Below, in pieces: positions 58,505 to 64,000 of a stretch of 64,000 nt of DNA. Each line of letters begins with the position of its first letter. The stretch's first letter is position 1. Below the pieces are notes generated by a model. That model was not told where the DNA came from and did no database searches. It worked only from the letters and a program-made list of their open reading frames with translations. The translations under genes and the position numbers were made by a program. The stretch spans positions 1 through 64,000 of the forward strand of contig JBBDYJ010000032.1 in the NCBI GenBank assembly GCA_040901675.1, written 5' to 3'. The stretch comes from Pirellulales bacterium. Lineage in GTDB: Bacteria > Planctomycetota > Planctomycetia > Pirellulales > JAICIG01.

Positions 58505-58694
58505 AGCGCGAGCCGGCCAGTGGACCGCCGACTACCGGCGGTTGCGAGTGGCGGCCGCCAAAGTGTCGAGTGAATGAGTCCCGGGCCGAATCTGGATTTG
58601 GCCGCGGTTGTTATCTTCTTCGGGGGCTTTGGTTTGGGTCGCGCGGCCCAGGGCGGGCCTGTACCGTTGGGGTCGGCAGCCTATAATCGGCGAA

Positions 58695-60077
58695 ATGGAC
58701 CCGCCTCAAGCGACCGTCGGCAGCCTCGCTCCTGCCTTTGATTTGCCTTGCACCCCAGCCGGCCGGGCGTCGCTGGCCGATTACCGCGGCCGGTGGCTGA
58801 TGCTGATTTTTTATCCGCGCGATTTTTCGCTGGTCTGCCCCACCGAGCTATCGGCGATCAGCGCCCGGATCGACCAGTTCAACCGGCAGGGATGCGGCGT
58901 GCTGGGGATCAGCTCCGACAGCATCGAATCGCACCTGCGATGGATCGGGACTCCCAAGTCCCAGGGAGGCCTGGGGGGATTGAAGTTTCCGCTGGCCAGC
59001 GACACCGACGGCGGCGTTTGCCGCTCGTACGGGGTGTTTCTCGAGCACCAGCACGTGGCGCTGCGGGGCCTGTTCATCATCGACCCCAACGGCGTGTTGC
59101 AGTACCAGGTGGTCCATAACACGAGCGTGGGGCGGCGGACCGACGAGCTCTTGCGGGTGCTGGCCGCCCTGCAGACCGGGGGCTTGTGCGCGGAGAACTG
59201 GAGCCCGGAACAGGCACCGATGGACGCCGCTGGGCTGGTGCAGCCGGGGAGCATGATCTCGCACTACCGCATCGAGCGCCACGTCGGCGACGGGGCGTTT
59301 GCCACGGTCTTCCAGGCGCAGGACACGACGCTGTTGCGCATGGTGGCCATCAAAGTGGTCAAGGCCACCAGCCCCATGGCGCCGGGGGCCGTGCTGGCCG
59401 AGGCCCGGGCGGCCGCCGCTTTGAACCATCCCAACGTGTGCACGATCTATTCGGTCGACGACAGCGAAGGGGTGCCGGTGATCGCGATGGAGTATCTCTC
59501 CGGCAAGCCGCTGTCCCGGCTGGTTGGCGAGGAGCGGTTGTCGGGCGAGACGGCCGCGGGGATCGTGCGGCAGGTGGCCGCCGGGATGGCGGCGGCGCAC
59601 GCGCTGGGCGTGGTACACGGCGACCTGAAGCCGGCCAACGTGATGATCACGGACGAAGGCGTGGCCAAGATCCTCGATTTCGGCCTGGCCCGCCGCGAGC
59701 TGCCCCAGGCGGATCCTGAAGAAACGACCGACCTGGCATCGCCCAGCTCGGGGGTGACCGGCACTCCCAGCTACATGTCGCCCGAGCAGGCCGACGGCCA
59801 GCCGCCCACGGCGGCCAGCGACGTCTTTTCGCTGGGGGCCATCCTCTACGAGATGCTGACGGGCCGCCGGGCGTTTGCCGGCGACAACGTGCTGCGGGTG
59901 TTGAGCCGCATCCGGTCGGTCGATGCCGAGTCGCTGGCGGCCGACGTGGACGAGCCATTTTCGTCGCTGTTGCGTGAGGCCTTGGTGCGCGAGCCTGATC
60001 GCCGGACGATCAGCATGTCGCAGATCGGCGACCGCATGGCGGCAGTGCTGAACTCCACGAGCGCCTTGGCTGGGTGA
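58695..60077 (+). CDS. 2-Cys peroxiredoxin (AhpC/Prx1) fused to a Ser/Thr protein kinase
   Basis: FYPRDFSLVCPTE, GGLG, LRGLFIIDP, GLCAENW; then GDGAFATV, VAIK, HGDLKPAN, DFG, GTPSYMSPE, DVFSLG in one frame. Confidence 0.93.
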   Translation: MDPPQATVGSLAPAFDLPCTPAGRASLADYRGRWLMLIFYPRDFSLVCPTELSAISARIDQFNRQGCGVLGISSDSIESHLRWIGTPKSQGGLGGLKFPLASDTDGGVCRSYGVFLEHQHVALRGLFIIDPNGVLQYQVVHNTSVGRRTDELLRVLAALQTGGLCAENWSPEQAPMDAAGLVQPGSMISHYRIERHVGDGAFATVFQAQDTTLLRMVAIKVVKATSPMAPGAVLAEARAAAALNHPNVCTIYSVDDSEGVPVIAMEYLSGKPLSRLVGEERLSGETAAGIVRQVAAGMAAAHALGVVHGDLKPANVMITDEGVAKILDFGLARRELPQADPEETTDLASPSSGVTGTPSYMSPEQADGQPPTAASDVFSLGAILYEMLTGRRAFAGDNVLRVLSRIRSVDAESLAADVDEPFSSLLREALVREPDRRTISMSQIGDRMAAVLNSTSALAG

Positions 60078-60106
60078 GGGCGAGGAGGTGGGGGTTTCGC
60101 TCTTGG

Positions 60107-60170
60107 GCCGGGTGGCTGGGGCAAAGCGGACTTCGGCGAGCTCAGTCGAGTCGTAGCGTGCCCCAGTCTT
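60107..60170 (-). repeat. Family A palindromic repeat (long form)
   Basis: 54 nt identical to 1-54 in reverse complement. Confidence 0.9.
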
Positions 60171-60259
60171 GCCGTGGACCCCATGGCGTTAGCTGGCTTC
60201 CGACAAAAACGAAAGACAACGCAAGTTTGGAGGCAGCACTGCGCCCTTACCAACCTGGC

Positions 60260-60560
60260 GGCCCGTCCAAGACCTGGATCGAGTTGAGTAATGCCCTGTA
60301 TGGTATGGGCGGCAAGTGCGGCGAGCTATTCCCTACGGCGTCTGACCGGGCCAGGTTTGCCAAGACTCCGGAGTACAAGGAAATCGCCGAGATACTGGCA
60401 GCCTTGCCAGGCGCCAGGAGCGAGGATGTGCCCAGCGGTCAACTGAGGGTGAGGATGCCCAGGTCAATCCATGCGGCGCTGATCGAAGAGGCAAAGGCCG
60501 AAGGCGTCAGCTTGAACCAATTGATCCTTTCCAAAATCAGCTTCCAACTCCGTGGCCAGA
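60260..60560 (+). pseudogene. HicB-like RHH antitoxin, 5' end unclear
   Basis: SGQLRVRMPRSIHAALIEEAKAEGVSLNQLI; no convincing start; reads on into the heptamer repeat (stop 60625). Confidence 0.65.
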
Positions 60561-60566
60561 CGGAGT

Positions 60567-60775
60567 GGAAGGCAGAAGGCAGAAGGCAGAAGGTAGAAGG
60601 AAGGAAGACGGCCGCCCGGCTGTAGCGTGCTCCCAGTCTGTGTCTCCCAGCCCATGCCGCCGCGCGGCTCGCTGAATTCGGGCGAATTCACGTGCGGCGA
60701 GCCTCGACCTTTGATCTTTCCACCTCCTCAGCCCTATTCCTCCTTCTGCCTTCCTCCTTCCTGCTTCTGCCTTCA
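60567..60775. repeat. Inverted heptamer arrays (GAAGGCA ... TTCTGCC) around degenerate family A and B copies
   Basis: GAAGGCA units 60567-60607; complementary units 60733-60775. Confidence 0.75.
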
Positions 60776-61861
60776 GTACCCCTGGATGTTGTGGACGCTG
60801 ACCATGCGGGGGGCGACGCGGGTGAGCTCGCGGCCCTGCTTGTCGAAGAGGATGCCGAGCAAGAAGTGGGCGCCGGGCACCGCCAGGTCGGTGGGCCACT
60901 GGGCGCGGGCCCGCAGGAAATTTCCTTCGGCGTCGAGCGTCTCGATCCGGCCCTCGTAATCGGCGATCTTCTCGCCCGACATGTCGAGCAGACGGAAGAC
61001 GACCTTGCCGACCTGGTCTGACTGGTCGGGCGGCAACGCCATCAGGCCGGTGACCAACGCGTTGGTCTCCTGCAGCCAGGGAGTGTCGCAGCGGATGGGC
61101 GCCATGACGGGTCCGCACTGCCGCCAGTGGTCCGGCTCGAGCCGGTTGACGAGCTGAATTTTGGCCAGCGAGGCGGGCTGCTGGACCGATAGCGGGCTGC
61201 CGTAAGCGAACGTGCGATAGACGCGCGGGCCGCCGTCGCTGTAGCAAAGCTCGGCATCGAGCGCGATCACGGCGCCTTCGGCCACTTTAAAATCGGGAAA
61301 GTTGGACCAGGGGAGCTTGAACTCGACCTCGGCCCCCTCGCTGGTCTTGCGGGCCGCCACTTCGACGCCTTGGCCTTCGATCGCCTGCAGCATGTCGGGA
61401 CGCAGGCACCAGCGGGGCTTGATCTCGGTCCCCTTGTAGCCGGTCCAGTACATGTGCACCGCGCCTTTTCCCCAATCGTGCGAGCGGAACTGCTCGTCGC
61501 GGCGGGTGTCGAAGTACCACTCGACGCCGTCGCCTTCCCAGAGCCGGTCGTCGGGCGCGGGGTTGGCCTGCTTCTCGTCCAGCGTGCGCAGGCCGGCGTA
61601 GAAGGCCTCGTCGTCCCACATGTAGAAGAACTGGGCGGCGCGGTTCTTCACGTCGGGCTCGTAATAGCAGACGGGCGTGGAGAACGAGCCGCGAAACTCG
61701 GACAGATCGCCGTCGATCTTCATCCCTTGTGGCGCACGGGTCGCGACGCCCCGCACTCCTTCCTCCAAGGCGCCGCCCGGCGCACGGCCGAAACAAGCAG
61801 ACTCGGACCCGACGAGGGCCACGAGCAGGCACGACAGCGAGACGACGAGGTGAGTGCGCAT
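60773..61861 (-). CDS. Exported CBM9/DOMON-like sugar-binding protein
   Basis: Signal peptide, IDGDLSEF, MWDDEAFY, WEGDGVEWYFD, EFKLPW; AAGGA RBS. Confidence 0.8.
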   Translation of the reverse strand: MRTHLVVSLSCLLVALVGSESACFGRAPGGALEEGVRGVATRAPQGMKIDGDLSEFRGSFSTPVCYYEPDVKNRAAQFFYMWDDEAFYAGLRTLDEKQANPAPDDRLWEGDGVEWYFDTRRDEQFRSHDWGKGAVHMYWTGYKGTEIKPRWCLRPDMLQAIEGQGVEVAARKTSEGAEVEFKLPWSNFPDFKVAEGAVIALDAELCYSDGGPRVYRTFAYGSPLSVQQPASLAKIQLVNRLEPDHWRQCGPVMAPIRCDTPWLQETNALVTGLMALPPDQSDQVGKVVFRLLDMSGEKIADYEGRIETLDAEGNFLRARAQWPTDLAVPGAHFLLGILFDKQGRELTRVAPRMVSVHNIQGY

Positions 61862-61955
61862 CAATGCTTCCTTCGCGAATGAGTTACGATTCCCTGGCCG
61901 CCCAGCGGCCAGCACGGCGGTGACCAGACGATTATGACGTGGCCGGCCGCGAGTC

Positions 61956-62660
61956 TCAAATCGGCTCGTGCACGGCCTCGCGCAGGGCGCGGCGCGCCAG
62001 CCGCGTGATCAGCACCGTGACGGCCACAGCGGCCGCCAGGCCGGCAAAGAAGGCCGCCTGTTGCCAGGGGCCGTGGGCGACGCGGCCGGACGTGATGTCG
62101 CTGAGCTGCCGGGCGGCACTGCCCAGATACACGTACATGACGGTGCCGGGGAGCATGCCCAGCCACGAGGCGAGCGCGAAATCGCGGAACGAGACCTTGG
62201 TCAGGCCGAAGGCGTAATTGAGCGGCCCGTAGGGGAGCATGGGCGAGAGCCGGACCAGGAGCACGATCTTGAATCCCTGCTCGGCGACGGCGGCGTCGAT
62301 GACACGGAACTTGTGGTTGTGCGAGAGCTTCTGCTGGAGCCAATCGCGCAACAGGTACCGACTGACGAGCAACGACGCGCAGGCCCCCAACGTGCTGCCG
62401 ACCGAGACTGCCACGAGCGCCGGCCACATGCCCAGCGCGAAGGCCCCGACCAGAGTGACTACCGAGCCGGGCACGAACAGCAGGCTGGCCGGCACATAAA
62501 AGGCCGCCAGCAGCACTGGGCCCCACGGTCCCAGCTCCGCCGCCCAGTCGGGGATGTCTTCCAGGGCGGCGCGGAGGCGCGGCATCGAGAGCCAGGCTGC
62601 CACCCCGGCGGCCGCCAGCAGCAGCGCCGCGGCAAGCCGCTTGATCGTGGACTTCGTCAT
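61956..62660 (-). CDS. TVP38/TMEM64 (SNARE-associated/DedA) membrane protein
   Basis: FVPGS, RLSPMLPY..LNYAFGLT, GMLPGT..YVYLG. Confidence 0.93.
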   Translation of the reverse strand: MTKSTIKRLAAALLLAAAGVAAWLSMPRLRAALEDIPDWAAELGPWGPVLLAAFYVPASLLFVPGSVVTLVGAFALGMWPALVAVSVGSTLGACASLLVSRYLLRDWLQQKLSHNHKFRVIDAAVAEQGFKIVLLVRLSPMLPYGPLNYAFGLTKVSFRDFALASWLGMLPGTVMYVYLGSAARQLSDITSGRVAHGPWQQAAFFAGLAAAVAVTVLITRLARRALREAVHEPI

Positions 62661-62813
62661 GCGCAGGTGCCGAGAGGTAAAGCGTCGGTTGAAGGCAGCC
62701 GCTAGTGCATTCTATACCGGTGCTCGACGCGCGGGGGCCGGAGGCGATACAATCCGGGAAGCCGGTCGATGGTTTTCCGCGCCAGGATTCGATTTCAGCG
62801 GAGGTACTGAATC

Positions 62814-63428
62814 ATGCCAGCGCATCGAGCTCTCATCGGATTGATCGCCACCGTGTTGGCGGCCGGCGAGGCGGCCGCCCAGCAGGCCCAGGTGGTGCAA
62901 CTGCCGACGTTCTCATTCTTCACCGTCAACACGACCGTTTCGGTGCCCGACAGCGGCGGCGCTTTCTCCGGCGGCGAACGGCGGTTCAGCTCCGGTCACA
63001 CCGCGTTTGGCCCTGCATGGGGGCGGCAGCGGGGATTCGGCCGCGACATGGGTGGAGGCGGCTTGGGCGTCGCCGGGCAAATCCACGACTTCGAGGCGAT
63101 GGACAAAGCGCTGTTGAGCCAGGGCAGCCCGGGCCCGGTCGAGCCGGATGATCCGTTTGCACGCCGGCTGGCGCAGGCATCGGCCAGCTCGGCCGGGCAG
63201 GCGCCCGCGGGCAGCCTGGCCGAGGCGCGCCGCCAGCGGGCCGCCGAAGAGGAAGCGCTCGTGCAAAAGACGCTGGCGATCGTGGAAGACGCCCGCCAGG
63301 CCGAGGCGAAAGGCAAGCCCGGCATGGCCTTGGCTTATTACAAGATGGCGTCCCGCCGAGCGTCGGGCCAGCTCAAGGCCGACATTCAGAAAGAAGTCCG
63401 GCGGCTGTCGCGCCCGGCGGAGCAGTAG
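62814..63428 (+). CDS. Secreted hypothetical protein with a secretin-like TTVSVPD motif
   Basis: GGAGG RBS, signal peptide, QLPTFSFFTVNTTVSVPDSGG, helical C-terminus. Confidence 0.75.
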   Translation: MPAHRALIGLIATVLAAGEAAAQQAQVVQLPTFSFFTVNTTVSVPDSGGAFSGGERRFSSGHTAFGPAWGRQRGFGRDMGGGGLGVAGQIHDFEAMDKALLSQGSPGPVEPDDPFARRLAQASASSAGQAPAGSLAEARRQRAAEEEALVQKTLAIVEDARQAEAKGKPGMALAYYKMASRRASGQLKADIQKEVRRLSRPAEQ

Positions 63429-63603
63429 TGCCGCGGCGTGGGCGTGGGAATATTGCAGCCGCGCGGCGCATCTAAGGTGCGTGGCGGCCTAAATCGGGCG
63501 CTCCCGGTGGCACTGCTTCTTCCGCCTTCGGCGGACCGCGGCCGGCGTCCTGCGAAGCGGTGGCACAGGACTACTTGACCATACGGCAGCTCGGGATCGA
63601 GTG

Positions 63604-64000
63604 ATGTACGGATTGCTGGCGGACATCGTGGTGGTTGTCCACTTCGTGTATGTCGCGTTCGTGGTGGTGGGCCAGTTGCTGATTCTGGGCGGCGCGGCGC
63701 TGCGGTGGAAATGGATCCGCAACTTCTGGTTCCGGGTAGTCCACCTGGCTGCGATTCTGGTCGTGGCGATGCAGGCCGTGCTGGGCATGGTCTGTCCCTT
63801 GACGACCTGGGAAAACAAGCTCCGTCGGCTGGCCGGGCAGACGGTCGAGGAAGGTTCGTTCGTGGCGCGGTGGGTGCACTCGGTGCTTTTTTTCGAGCTG
63901 CCCCCGCAGTTCTTCACGATGGCCTACCTCGTGTTCGCCCTGTTGGTGCTGGGCACGCTGTTGTGGATCCCCCCGCGCCGGGTGCCTGGGGTTATTGGAG
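63604..64000 (+). CDS. DUF2784 family membrane protein (runs off the window; absent from ORF track)
   Basis: Hand translation: MYGLLADIVVVVHFVYVAFVVVG...FRVVHLAAI...CPLTTWENKLR. Confidence 0.88.
   Translation, partial: MYGLLADIVVVVHFVYVAFVVVGQLLILGGAALRWKWIRNFWFRVVHLAAILVVAMQAVLGMVCPLTTWENKLRRLAGQTVEEGSFVARWVHSVLFFELPPQFFTMAYLVFALLVLGTLLWIPPRRVPGVIG

Overview
GC-rich bacterial chromosome segment, almost certainly from a planctomycete (three DUF1501 genes, two DUF1549/DUF1553 genes, a planctomycete cytochrome c-WD40 protein, an 'RRRL..E.LE.R.LLA' extracellular leader). About 50 CDS; no rRNA, tRNA, CRISPR array, integrase or transposase was seen. Family names come from motif recognition, not database searches. 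Best candidates for new biology: (1) a cytoplasmic typical 2-Cys peroxiredoxin fused to a non-RD Hanks-type Ser/Thr kinase (58695-60077), a plausible one-component peroxide-sensing kinase; (2) a LysR-linked operon of DUF547, beta-barrel, non-canonical acyl-CoA dehydrogenase, cytoplasmic PhnD-like protein and TusA-ferritin fusion, whose last gene appears internally deleted; (3) a secreted Cys-motif leader ORF ending in RPP upstream of a membrane pentaheme/TPR-CRTAC1-cupin cluster; (4) three tandem membrane paralogs with a conserved scaffold and unrelated loops; (5) intergenic palindromic repeats plus 7-8 nt tandem arrays near HNH and antitoxin genes; (6) a structured 5' leader at 22.5 kb; (7) a decaying response-regulator island.
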